64,000 bases of DNA from Candidatus Marinacidobacterales bacterium. Lineage in GTDB: Bacteria; Acidobacteriota; Vicinamibacteria; Marinacidobacterales; SMYC01. The notes below the pieces were generated by a model that did no database searches, was not told where the DNA came from, and saw only the letters and a program-made list of their open reading frames with translations. This document shows, piece by piece, positions 19,080-28,003 of this stretch. How positions within the stretch are numbered: position 1 is the first letter of the stretch; each line of letters opens with the position of its first letter. A program made the translations under genes and the position numbers. The stretch is taken from contig OZ250169.1 in assembly GCA_965237955.1 (NCBI GenBank), positions 5,248,001-5,312,000 on the forward strand, read 5' to 3'.

Positions 19080-19841
19080 TTAAGTTCTCCGCGCGAAGCC
19101 GCAGATTCGGTTGAAGGAGTCGTCTTTCAAGCTGGCTCCTCCGACGAGGGCTCCGTCGATGTCGGCCTCAGCTATGAGGTCATCTACATTATCCGGTTTT
19201 ACGCTGCCGCCGTAAAGGATGCGAACCTGGTCGGCGGCGTCGGCGCTGAAAAGCTTGGCGAGCTGGCCCCGGATGGATTGGTGGACTTCCTCCGCCTGGG
19301 CGGGGGTGGCGGTGCGCCCGGTGCCGATCGCCCAGATCGGTTCGTAGGCGACGACGATCGTCTCGAGCTGGGTCTCGGCGACGTCCTTGAGCGCCTCTTT
19401 CACTTGGCGGTCGACGACGACGTAGGTGACGCCGCGGTCCCGCTCGGGTTCGGTCTCGCCCACACACAGGATCGGAATCAGCTCGTGGGTGAGTGCGGCG
19501 AGCACTTTACGATTGGCGCTCTTGTCGGTCTCGCCGAAGAGTTGTCGGCGCTCGGAATGGGCGACGATGACGTAATCGCACCCGGCGTCTTTCAGCATCA
19601 CGGGAGAGACTTCGCCGGTGAAAGCACCTTTTTCTTCCCAGTAGAGGTCTTGGGCGCCGAGGCGGATCGACGACTCGCGCACCTCTTTGCGGACCTTCGC
19701 GAGCGCCGTGAATGGGGGCGCCAACACAATGTCGGCGTCCCGGATGTCGCGGCAGCCTTCGACGACGCGCTGGGTGAGCTTGGACGCTTCGTCGAGCGTC
19801 ATGTGCATTTTCCAATTGGCGGCGATGAGCGGTCTACGCAT
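19080..19841 (-). CDS. tpiA: Triosephosphate isomerase
   Basis: ANWKM, HSERR, AYEPIWAIGTG, LYGGSV, LVGGASL. Confidence 0.98.
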   Translation of the reverse strand: MRRPLIAANWKMHMTLDEASKLTQRVVEGCRDIRDADIVLAPPFTALAKVRKEVRESSIRLGAQDLYWEEKGAFTGEVSPVMLKDAGCDYVIVAHSERRQLFGETDKSANRKVLAALTHELIPILCVGETEPERDRGVTYVVVDRQVKEALKDVAETQLETIVVAYEPIWAIGTGRTATPAQAEEVHQSIRGQLAKLFSADAADQVRILYGGSVKPDNVDDLIAEADIDGALVGGASLKDDSFNRICGFARRT

Positions 19842-21009
19842 CGGTCAACACCTCTACCCCCGGAAGCTTGGATCCCGCGAGAAACTCGAGCGACGCGCCC
19901 CCACCGGTGGAGATGTGGGTGATGCGATCCGCAACACCGGCTTTGTGCACCGCGGCAGTCGAGTCGCCGCCCCCGACGACACTGGTCGCATCGCTCGCGG
20001 CCACGATCTCGGCGAGCTTCAGCGTTCCCTGCGCGAACGGCTCCATTTCGAAAACACCCAGGGGGCCGTTCCACAGCACCATCTTGGACGAGCGGATCAC
20101 GTTGGCGAAAGCAGACACGGTTTTAGGACCGATGTCGAGTCCCATCCAACCGTCCGGCGTTTGATCGATCGGCACGACTCGACGCTCGGCGTCGACATCG
20201 AACTGCGCGGCCACGACGTGGTCGAGCGGCAGGACGAGCTTGTCGCCACCTTCGGCGAGAAGCTCTCGCGCGAGCTCAATCTTGTCCTCTTCGACGAGGG
20301 ATCGACCGGTCGGCAGTCCCTGGGCGCGCAAAAATGTGTAGGCCATACCGCCGCCGATGAGAAGTTTGTCGACTTTGCCGAGGAGCGACCGCACGACGGC
20401 GATCTTGTCCGAAACTTTGGCGCCACCGAGCAAGCCCGCGAACGGACGCGGCGGGGACGACAACGCCATGTCGAGATAGCGGAGCTCCTTTTCCATCAAC
20501 AACCCGGCGCCGGCTTGGTCGAAATGTTTCACCATGCCGACGGTCGAAGCGTGCGCTCGGTGCGCCGTGCCGAAAGCATCGTTGACATAGAGCTCGGCGG
20601 TTGTCGATAGGCGTCGGGCAAAGTCGGGGTCGTTGTCGGTCTCGCGTGCATTGAAACGGAGGTTCTCGAGGAGCAACACGTCGCCCTCCTCGAGGCTCCC
20701 GACAGCCTCGCCGACTTCGTCTCCGACTGTCTTAGCGCAGAACCGAACGGGCTTCCCGAGCAAGTCGGCGAGCTTTTCGGCAACCGGTGCGAGGCTCAGG
20801 TCGGGAACGTGTTTCCCTTTGGGTCGTCCCAAATGCGATGCGAGCACCAAGCGTGCACCTTGGTCGATGGCACGCCGCAGCGTGGGGAGCGTTGCTTGGA
20901 TGCGAGTGTCGTCTTGGACGACCCTATCCCTCAACGGGACGTTGAAATCCACGCGAACGAAAACGCGCTTGCCACCGAGATCCATGGCGTTCATGTCTAG
21001 CTTCTTCAT
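19834..21009 (-). CDS. pgk: Phosphoglycerate kinase
   Basis: RVDFNVP, SHLGRP, LENLRF, DAFGTAHRAHAS, STGGGASLE. Confidence 0.98.
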   Translation of the reverse strand: MKKLDMNAMDLGGKRVFVRVDFNVPLRDRVVQDDTRIQATLPTLRRAIDQGARLVLASHLGRPKGKHVPDLSLAPVAEKLADLLGKPVRFCAKTVGDEVGEAVGSLEEGDVLLLENLRFNARETDNDPDFARRLSTTAELYVNDAFGTAHRAHASTVGMVKHFDQAGAGLLMEKELRYLDMALSSPPRPFAGLLGGAKVSDKIAVVRSLLGKVDKLLIGGGMAYTFLRAQGLPTGRSLVEEDKIELARELLAEGGDKLVLPLDHVVAAQFDVDAERRVVPIDQTPDGWMGLDIGPKTVSAFANVIRSSKMVLWNGPLGVFEMEPFAQGTLKLAEIVAASDATSVVGGGDSTAAVHKAGVADRITHISTGGGASLEFLAGSKLPGVEVLTDA

Positions 21010-21022
21010 GGACAAAAGGGAG

Positions 21023-21106
21023 ATTATAGCGTAGACGCGGCTACCAAGATATTGGGGTTTCCTGCCCGGCTCCTACTAGATATTCCAAGGGTCCTGGCGC
21101 TATAAT
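21023..21106. promoter_or_regulatory. Divergent -10 boxes for pgk (minus) and the B12 operon (plus)
   Basis: TATAAT on the minus strand at 21023-21028 and on the plus strand at 21101-21106. Confidence 0.55.
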
Positions 21107-21118
21107 CCCGGCGACAGA

Positions 21119-21326
21119 CAGGCTCGGGTGCCCGAATGGGTCGGGTAAAAGGGAATGGGGTGAAACGCCCCAGCGGCCCACGCCACTGTAAGTGGAGAGC
21201 CCAAGCCCAACGCCACCAATACTCAAGTATTGACTGGCAGCCACTCTCGGCCTTTCGAGGTTGTATGCCGAGGGGAAGGCGGGCGAAAGGCAGCAGCATC
21301 CGCAAGTCAGGAAACCTGCCCGAGTC
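21119..21326 (+). ncRNA. Cobalamin (AdoCbl) riboswitch
   Basis: GGTGCC, AAAAGGGAA, GCCACTGTAA, GGGAAGG and B12 box AAGTCAGGAAACCTGCC, upstream of a TonB receptor. Confidence 0.92.
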
Positions 21327-21382
21327 GAGAAGTCGGAGCGCTCTTCGGTGGGAAGAGCCCGGTTTCGGTGCAGGTGTAAGCG

Positions 21383-21418
21383 AAACTTCTCGTCCCACGA
21401 AGGCGAGGAGTTTTTTTT
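21383..21418 (+). terminator. Intrinsic terminator/attenuator in the riboswitch leader
   Basis: CTTCTCGTC-loop-GGCGAGGAG followed by T8. Confidence 0.75.
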
Positions 21419-21496
21419 GTGTCTGCCTCGTCTTCGTTGTCTTCGTTTTGCAGGGCCTGCCATCGAGACTCTCGAGCAGTGACAGGGAGATCTCTG

Positions 21497-23827
21497 ATGC
21501 GTTTCTTTGTTTCCTTTCCTTTGTTGTTTCTTGCGAGCGGCGTTTTTGCGAGCTCGCTGGAAATTCAGGTCGTCGATCCACAACAGGCCGGCGTGCCTTC
21601 GGCCGCGGCGCACCTCGCCCGGCGTGACGCTCGGTGGCGCACGAGCGTACGCGTCGATGACGAAGGCCGCTATCGCTTCGATTCGCTGACACCGGGCGTT
21701 TACTTGGTGCAGGCGGAAGCAGGCGGTTTCACTCGCAGCGAACCGATAGTGGTGCGCCTTGTCGAAGGAGAGAGTGCGTCGCTCGAGCTCACGCTCGATC
21801 TCGCCGTGTTCGAGGAGTCCATCGTCGTCACCAGCGCGGCCACGATGCAACGGCCATCCGAGGTAACGAAAACCACGAGCGTGGTCGACAAGAAACAGTT
21901 CGTCTCGCGCGACGAGTACTTCATCCCCGAAGCCCTCCGTACCGTGCCCGGGCTGAAAGTACAACAGCTCGGCGGGCCGGGAAGCTTCACGTCCATCAAG
22001 ATCCGAGGGCTTCGGAGCGAAGACACGGCGATCGTCATCGATGGGGCCCGTATTAGAGACCCTTCGGCGCCAAAGGGCGACGCGTCGTCGTATCTGGAAA
22101 TGTTCATGGCGACGGATCTCGAGCAAGTCGAGATCCTCCGCGGCGCGGGGTCGACGCTCTACGGAACGAACGCCGGCGGCGGCGTCATTAATATTGTTAC
22201 GTCGTCGGGGGGAGGCAAGCCGCGCGGGAGCGTTCTCGTTGAAGGTGGTGGCCTCAGTCTATTCCGAGCGAACGCTCAGACCGCTGGAGGCTACCGCGAG
22301 CGGTTCCAATACAGCGTTGGTGTGTCGCACTTGAGCGTTCTCGACGGCGTCGATGGCAACGACTCGGTTCGGAACACGAGCGTTCAAGTCCGGGCGCAAA
22401 TGAAGCTCGGGCCGACATCGAGCCTCTCGTTCCGCTTCTACGGCGCCGACGCCCGCGTCGATTTGAACGAAAGTCCCGAGGCTACCGGGGAGCTTCCGCC
22501 GGGTGTCGTCGATGCCGTTCCCGACGTGAACTATGTTCCAGGCGCGGACGATCCGGATAGCCAGCGCGAGGCTAGGTTCGCGTCGGCGCTCGTGGGCTTC
22601 GAGCAGCGACCGCGCGACGACTTCGGCTACAGCGTCCGCTACCACGGCCTGCTCACCGATCGAAGCTTCTTCGACGGGCCGGAAGGTGTTTCCGCGTTCG
22701 AGCCGGTGACGTCGTCTCTCTTCGAGTTCGAAGGCGCCATCCATACGTTGAACGCGCGCACGGACTTTACTTGGGGCCGGCATCAGTTTATCCAGGCCGG
22801 GTTCGAGCTCGAGCGCGAATCGTTCGTCAATCGCTCGTTTCCGGACGATCCGGCGGGCAACTCGACGACGGATATCTCGCAGACGAGCCAGGCTCTCTAC
22901 GTACAGGATCAGCTAACCCTTGCCGGCGGCGCCCTACAGATCGCCGGAGCGGTACGCGCCCAGTGGTTTTCGCTCGGTGAGCCCGAGCTCGAGCCGGCGG
23001 ACAACGCACCCTACACGGGCATCGAGTTTCCGTCGCTCGATAACGCTTTGACCGGCGATATCTCAGGTGCTTACGGCCTCGAGAGCGGCACCAAGCTTCT
23101 CGCGCACTTCGGTAGCGGCTACCGCGCGCCGTCGCTCTTCGAGCGCTTCGGCACTTCGTTCTCGTCGTTCGGGTATTTCGTGTTCGGCGATCCGCGCTTG
23201 CGTCCGGAGAAGACGGTGACGTTCGACGTGGGCGTCGAGCAGCGTCTCTGGTCGCAGCGCGGGCGCGTTTCCGCCACGTACTTCAGGACGAGGCTCAAAG
23301 AGATCATCATTTTCGATTTCTCCGGAGCCATCAATCCCGTGACCGATCCTTTCGGTCGTTTCGGTGGCTACCTTTCGACCGACGGGGGTACCACCAAGGG
23401 AGTCGAGCTCGTCGGTAACGTCGTCGTCGGCCCTGGTCTGCACTTGAACACGTCGTACACGTACACCGACGCCGAGCCCCCGACCGGTGTTTCCGAGGAT
23501 CAAACGCAAGCGTTCGTCGTCCCGAAACACCAGCTCGCGTTCGTTGCCACCCAGCTCATCGGGCCGCGGCTCGTGGTGAGCTTCGATCTCGTCGCATCGA
23601 GCAGCTATCTCGCGCCGATCTTCGATCCAGCGACGTTCGCGAGCCGCGTCTATCGATTCACGAGCTTCGTCAAGAGCGACCTCGCGGCGAGCTATTGTTT
23701 TCCGGCCCGATTCGGTCTGTTTCGTCTCTTCGGCAAGGTCGAGAACCTGTTAAACCAGCAAATCTTCGAGAGCGGTTTCCGCACGCCCGGACGCTTTGCG
23801 CTCGTAGGCGCCGCGTTCGAGTTCTAA
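21497..23827 (+). CDS. btuB: TonB-dependent cobalamin receptor
   Basis: Signal peptide, carboxypeptidase-like N-domain, plug (ALRTVPG, IRG, VEILRG..STLYG.NA.GGVINI), C-terminal Phe; downstream of a B12 riboswitch. Confidence 0.88.
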   Translation: MRFFVSFPLLFLASGVFASSLEIQVVDPQQAGVPSAAAHLARRDARWRTSVRVDDEGRYRFDSLTPGVYLVQAEAGGFTRSEPIVVRLVEGESASLELTLDLAVFEESIVVTSAATMQRPSEVTKTTSVVDKKQFVSRDEYFIPEALRTVPGLKVQQLGGPGSFTSIKIRGLRSEDTAIVIDGARIRDPSAPKGDASSYLEMFMATDLEQVEILRGAGSTLYGTNAGGGVINIVTSSGGGKPRGSVLVEGGGLSLFRANAQTAGGYRERFQYSVGVSHLSVLDGVDGNDSVRNTSVQVRAQMKLGPTSSLSFRFYGADARVDLNESPEATGELPPGVVDAVPDVNYVPGADDPDSQREARFASALVGFEQRPRDDFGYSVRYHGLLTDRSFFDGPEGVSAFEPVTSSLFEFEGAIHTLNARTDFTWGRHQFIQAGFELERESFVNRSFPDDPAGNSTTDISQTSQALYVQDQLTLAGGALQIAGAVRAQWFSLGEPELEPADNAPYTGIEFPSLDNALTGDISGAYGLESGTKLLAHFGSGYRAPSLFERFGTSFSSFGYFVFGDPRLRPEKTVTFDVGVEQRLWSQRGRVSATYFRTRLKEIIIFDFSGAINPVTDPFGRFGGYLSTDGGTTKGVELVGNVVVGPGLHLNTSYTYTDAEPPTGVSEDQTQAFVVPKHQLAFVATQLIGPRLVVSFDLVASSSYLAPIFDPATFASRVYRFTSFVKSDLAASYCFPARFGLFRLFGKVENLLNQQIFESGFRTPGRFALVGAAFEF

Positions 23828-24663
23828 TGAAGCTCGTACTGCTTCTCGCTGTCGCGCAGCGGATCATCTCGCTCTCGCCGAGCGTGACCGAGATTCTCTA
23901 TGGCATCGGCGCGTTCGACCAGGTGGTCGCGGTGTCGAGCTATTGCGAGTATCCGCCGGAAGTCGAAGGGCTGCCGCGCGTCGGTGGTTGGACGGACACG
24001 AACCTCGAGCAGGTCGTTGCTCTCCAACCGGACCTCGTGATCATGACCGGCGTCGACGCGCAGGCGCCTCTCATGGAGCCGAAGCTCACCGCTCTCGGCA
24101 TCGAAACGCTCGCCGTGGGGAGTCAATCGCTGGCGGATATTTACGAAGCAATCGAGACGATAGGCGGGGCCGTCGGTAGGGAAGACGCAGCCCGCGCCCT
24201 CGTTCGCGAGATGCGTACCGAGCTCGACGGCATACGCGCTCGCACCCGAGACCGGCCTCGCCCGAGCGTTCTCGTCGTCGTCGATCGCTTGCCCGGCACG
24301 CTGCGGGATATCTATATCGCGACCGAAGGCAGCTATCTCACCGAGCTCGTCGAGATCGCCGGTGGCACGCCGATCACTCCCCCTGCTCCGCACAACTACA
24401 CGCAGATCAGCGCGGAGGCTCTCGTGGTCTTCGACCCCGAGGTGATCTTCGACATGGTGCAGGCGTTGACTACCGCGACGGTGGTCGGAGGTGGCAAGCT
24501 TTCAGAGAATTCGAAGGCGGTGTGGAACATGATCGACGTCACGGCAGTCGAGACGGATCGCATCTATCCATTGACGAACAAGCTGCTCGTGCACCCGTCG
24601 CAGTTCGCGGTACAGGCGGCGCGTGAGTTCGCGAAGCGGCTCCACCCAGAGGCCTTCGAGTGA
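23827..24663 (+). CDS. btuF: Cobalamin ABC periplasmic binding protein
   Basis: RIISLSPSVTEILYGIG, YCEYP, NLEQVVALQPDLV. Confidence 0.85.
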   Translation: MKLVLLLAVAQRIISLSPSVTEILYGIGAFDQVVAVSSYCEYPPEVEGLPRVGGWTDTNLEQVVALQPDLVIMTGVDAQAPLMEPKLTALGIETLAVGSQSLADIYEAIETIGGAVGREDAARALVREMRTELDGIRARTRDRPRPSVLVVVDRLPGTLRDIYIATEGSYLTELVEIAGGTPITPPAPHNYTQISAEALVVFDPEVIFDMVQALTTATVVGGGKLSENSKAVWNMIDVTAVETDRIYPLTNKLLVHPSQFAVQAAREFAKRLHPEAFE

Positions 24664-25469
24664 GCACTGATACTGATACTGCCACTGCCACGATCCTCTC
24701 GGCGAGCGGCCTCGAGTTCGCTTACGAGCCTCGAAAGATGCCTCTGGTCATCGACGATGTCTCGATGGACGTCACCCGGGGGCATTTTTGCGGGCTCATC
24801 GGGCCAAACGGATGCGGAAAGTCCACGCTGTTGCGCCTTCTCTCCGGAGTCTTGGCGCCCCATAGCGGCGGTGTGGTTTTCGAGGGGCAACCTCTCGAGG
24901 CGATCGAGCCGCGCGCGCGCGCGAAGTGGATCGGGTATGTGCCACAGCAGCAAAGTCGTGTGTTTCCGTTCACGGCACTCGAAGTCGTTCTAACGGGACG
25001 TAGTCCGTATACTTCGCGGTTTCGCTTCGAGAACGCCCGGGATCGCGAAATCGCGAGCGAGGCGTTGGCTGCGGTGGGCGCGGAGCATTTGGCTGCGCGT
25101 CCGATCACCGAGCTTTCCGGTGGTGAGCAGCAGATGGTCGTGGTGGCACGCGCGTTGGCGCAGCAAGCGCGTCTTCTGCTTCTCGACGAGCCCGCGGCCG
25201 CGCTCGATTTGAAGCACCGCGCCGAGCTTCTTAGTGCCCTCCAACGTCTGCGGGAAGACCAGGAGCTCACCGTGCTCGTCGTGACCCACGATCTGCAAAT
25301 GCTCGACGCGACCTTCGATCACCTCTTCGCCATGCGCCGCGGGCGTCTCGTGGCGGAAGGCCCGGCCGAAGACGTTCTGACGGAGAGCACGCTCGCCGAC
25401 GTGTACGAGGACCCACTCGTGCGGGCGCATCGGATCGAAGGCCGCACGTTCGTGTGGTCGGAGCGGTAA
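24660..25469 (+). CDS. btuD: Cobalamin/siderophore ABC ATP-binding protein
   Basis: GPNGCGKST, LSGGEQQ, LLLDEP; operon context. Confidence 0.82.
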   Translation: MSTDTDTATATILSASGLEFAYEPRKMPLVIDDVSMDVTRGHFCGLIGPNGCGKSTLLRLLSGVLAPHSGGVVFEGQPLEAIEPRARAKWIGYVPQQQSRVFPFTALEVVLTGRSPYTSRFRFENARDREIASEALAAVGAEHLAARPITELSGGEQQMVVVARALAQQARLLLLDEPAAALDLKHRAELLSALQRLREDQELTVLVVTHDLQMLDATFDHLFAMRRGRLVAEGPAEDVLTESTLADVYEDPLVRAHRIEGRTFVWSER

Positions 25470-26464
25470 TGACGACATCGGGCCGGCTCGCGCGGGCGTT
25501 GGTGTTTTGCTTTGTCGTCATGTGTGTAGCGACGCTTTTCGCGCTCTCGACCGGATATCAGACGATCGAGTGGTCGCAGCTTCAGAGAGACGAAATATCT
25601 CGGACGATCTTCTTCCGCCTCCGCGCTCCGCGCGTCGTTCTCGGCCTTCTCGTCGGAGGCTCGCTTGCGGGAGTGGGGGCGGCGCTTCAAGCGCTCTTTC
25701 GGAATCCACTGGCGTCGCCGTTCACGCTTGGAGTATCCGGAGGTGGCGCGCTCGGTGCGAGCGTGGCGATCGCGCTCGGCTTCGGCGCTAGCATCGCGGG
25801 TATTCCCTTGGTGTTCATCTTCGCGTTTGCCGGCTCGATTGCGTTCGTCGCGATCGTGTATCGGCTTGCGTCTGCGGGCACCGTCGTGATGCCCGGTGCG
25901 CTCTTGCTGGCGGGTGTTGTGTTGAATCTGATCGCGGGCGCGGGCGTTCTGATGATCCAGTTCGTGACCGACTATACGAGGGCACTCCAGATCCTGCGGT
26001 GGATGGTGGGAAGCCTCGACGTGATCGGCATGGACCTCGTTTGGCGTATGTTGATTTTTCTCGTACCGGGCATGGTATTGCTCCTGGCGACGACACGGGA
26101 TTTGCATCTCATCGCCATGGACGAAGAATCGGCGGCGGCGCTCGGCGTCAACGTACGACGGGTCGAGCGCACCGTCTATGCGGCGTCGTCGCTCGTGGTC
26201 GGGGTTACCGTCGCCGTCGCAGGCCCCATTGGCTTTGTCGGCCTCATCGTGCCCCACGCAGTCCGAGTGTTGTTCGGCGAAGACTTGCGCATCGTCATTC
26301 CATGTTCGATCTTGCTCGGGGCGGCGTTTCTGGTGCTTGCCGACGCGTTCGCGCGCTCGCTTCTTGGCGCGAGCGAGCTTCCCGTGGGAGCGGTCACCGC
26401 GTTGATCGGAGGGCCGCTGTTTCTGATATTGCTGAGCCGGAGAAGACGCTACGCGGCGATCTAG
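25469..26464 (+). CDS. btuC: FecCD/BtuC family permease
   Basis: QALFRNPLASP, GPIGFVGLIVPH, ELPVGAVTALIGGP. Confidence 0.88.
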   Translation: MTTSGRLARALVFCFVVMCVATLFALSTGYQTIEWSQLQRDEISRTIFFRLRAPRVVLGLLVGGSLAGVGAALQALFRNPLASPFTLGVSGGGALGASVAIALGFGASIAGIPLVFIFAFAGSIAFVAIVYRLASAGTVVMPGALLLAGVVLNLIAGAGVLMIQFVTDYTRALQILRWMVGSLDVIGMDLVWRMLIFLVPGMVLLLATTRDLHLIAMDEESAAALGVNVRRVERTVYAASSLVVGVTVAVAGPIGFVGLIVPHAVRVLFGEDLRIVIPCSILLGAAFLVLADAFARSLLGASELPVGAVTALIGGPLFLILLSRRRRYAAI

Positions 26465-26469
26465 GGACA

Positions 26470-26500
26470 GGCCGATGGCCGATGGCTGATGGCCGACGGC
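26470..26500 (+). repeat. Heptamer tandem repeat (GGCYGAY)x4
   Basis: GGCCGAT GGCCGAT GGCTGAT GGCCGAC; contains the reverse complement of the 16-bp motif (one mismatch). Confidence 0.6.
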
Positions 26501-26518
26501 GAGTTGAAAGGCGGAATA

Positions 26519-27088
26519 ATGAGTATTGCGACAAAAAAAGGCGACAAGGGACAAACGAGCCTCATCGGTGGACGCCGCGTGTCGAAAGGCGACCTTCGGG
26601 TCGAGACTTACGGGACGCTCGACGAGCTCGGCTCGGTCATGGGCTTCGCTCGCTCTATCTGCGAGCACGAGAAGGTTGCCGAGGCGACGAAGGCGATCCA
26701 AAAAGAGCTCTTCACGGTGAGCGCGTCGCTCGCGTCGCCGGAAGACCCCAAGAAAACCAATCGGGTCACTCAGGACATGGTGGATGCGCTCACCAAGCAA
26801 GTCGAAGAGATCGAGGCCATCGAGGGAATCTCGGGCGACTGGGCGATTCCAGGCGAGCACACCGTCTCCGCGGCGTATGACGTTTCCCGTACCGTGTGCC
26901 GGCGGGCGGAGCGCGCCGCGGTGCGTCTTCGCGACGACGACGGAGAGGGAGTCGATCCGCTCGCGATCGCGTACATCAACCGACTCTCGGATCTTCTGTG
27001 GCTTTTCGGCCGGCTCGTCGAAAAAGACGCCGGCGTCGACGGCAAGCTTCGCGGCGGCCGCGGCACCGGCTGGTCGAAAGCATGGTAA
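26519..27088 (+). CDS. pduO: PduO-type cob(I)alamin adenosyltransferase
   Basis: [36 protein letters not shown]. Confidence 0.9.
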   Translation: MSIATKKGDKGQTSLIGGRRVSKGDLRVETYGTLDELGSVMGFARSICEHEKVAEATKAIQKELFTVSASLASPEDPKKTNRVTQDMVDALTKQVEEIEAIEGISGDWAIPGEHTVSAAYDVSRTVCRRAERAAVRLRDDDGEGVDPLAIAYINRLSDLLWLFGRLVEKDAGVDGKLRGGRGTGWSKAW

Positions 27089-27092
27089 CGCC

Positions 27093-27250
27093 TTGAATAT
27101 TGAACCTGGCGACCAGAGCTTTGCCAAGCGCGCTCGTGATCGCCAGGCGAGTCTGACGAAGCCGCCCGGAAGTCTGGGGCGACTCGAGGAGCTGGCGGTA
27201 CGGCTGGCCGCGATCCAGAGAACGGACTATCCGAGAACGCGTGGCCGATC
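27093..27250 (+). pseudogene. cobT: CobT (DMB phosphoribosyltransferase) N-terminal fragment
   Basis: [15 protein letters not shown] signature; similarity ends after about 52 codons. Confidence 0.85.
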
Positions 27251-27355
27251 GATGCTCGGAGCATTTTCCACATGGATCAGTCGCACGCAGGGGTAAACAT
27301 CGTCGATGACTTCGACGACTACTCGGTGGTGAGGCTCATGAACGGCTCATGCTGA
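27251..27355 (+). pseudogene. C-terminal fragment of a CobC-like histidine phosphatase
   Basis: [28 protein letters not shown], with its stop overlapping the cobU start. Confidence 0.55.
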
Positions 27356-27882
27356 CGCTCGTTCTCGGAGGAGCTCGGAGCGGGAAGAGCCGCTACGCGC
27401 AATCCCTGTGCGGCGATAGACCGGTTCGCTACATCGCCACCGCGCAAGCGGCAGGAGATGCCGAGATGATCCGGCGCATCGATCGGCACCGCTCGGAGCG
27501 CCTGCCGCATTGGAAAACCGTCGAGGCTCCGTTCGCGCTCGTGGATGCTATCCGCGAGCCGGGCCAGTCGGATGACGAACTCCTCCTCGTCGACTGCATC
27601 ACCGTTTGGCTTTCGAATCTCTCCTACCGCCACCGTGAGCTCCGCGCCGAGGCGCGAGAAAAACGTTTGCTCGGGGAAGTGGCTGAGTTCGTGGAAGCAG
27701 CACGCGGGCGCCACGTGATCGCAGTCAGCAACGACGTCGGCAGCGGCATCGTTCCCGAATCCCCAGTCGCCCGCGAGTTTCGTGACCTGCAGGGATTGGC
27801 CAACCAGACGATTGCCGCAGCCTCGGACAAAGTAGTCTTGATGGTCGCCGGCATTCCTACGATTGTGAAAGGAAATCTGTGA
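27349..27882 (+). CDS. cobU: Adenosylcobinamide kinase/GTP:adenosylcobinamide-phosphate guanylyltransferase
   Basis: GGARSGKSRYA, YIATA, LVDCITVWLSN, VSNDVGSGIVP, FRDLQG. Confidence 0.93.
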   Translation: MLTLVLGGARSGKSRYAQSLCGDRPVRYIATAQAAGDAEMIRRIDRHRSERLPHWKTVEAPFALVDAIREPGQSDDELLLVDCITVWLSNLSYRHRELRAEAREKRLLGEVAEFVEAARGRHVIAVSNDVGSGIVPESPVAREFRDLQGLANQTIAAASDKVVLMVAGIPTIVKGNL

Positions 27883-27883
27883 G

Positions 27884-27991
27884 GATCCTGCCATCGGCCA
27901 TCAGCAGGATTGGCGCGTTTAGGACGGTTGCGCCGGTAACCGGCACGGTGTCGCAGCTAAACGAAGGCTAGCTGACGGCCGATGGCGGATC
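27884..27991. repeat. Inverted pair of 16-bp motifs between convergent genes
   Basis: GATCCTGCCATCGGCCATCAGC ... GCTGACGGCCGATGGCGGATC. Confidence 0.65.
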
Positions 27992-28003
27992 GACGAGGAC
28001 TAA

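Noticed and set aside
18171-22126. Long ORFs antisense to tpiA, pgk, secG and btuB (583, 307 and 361 aa), and similar ones elsewhere
   Set aside because: Shadow frames expected in high-GC DNA; no motifs, and they overlap well-supported genes
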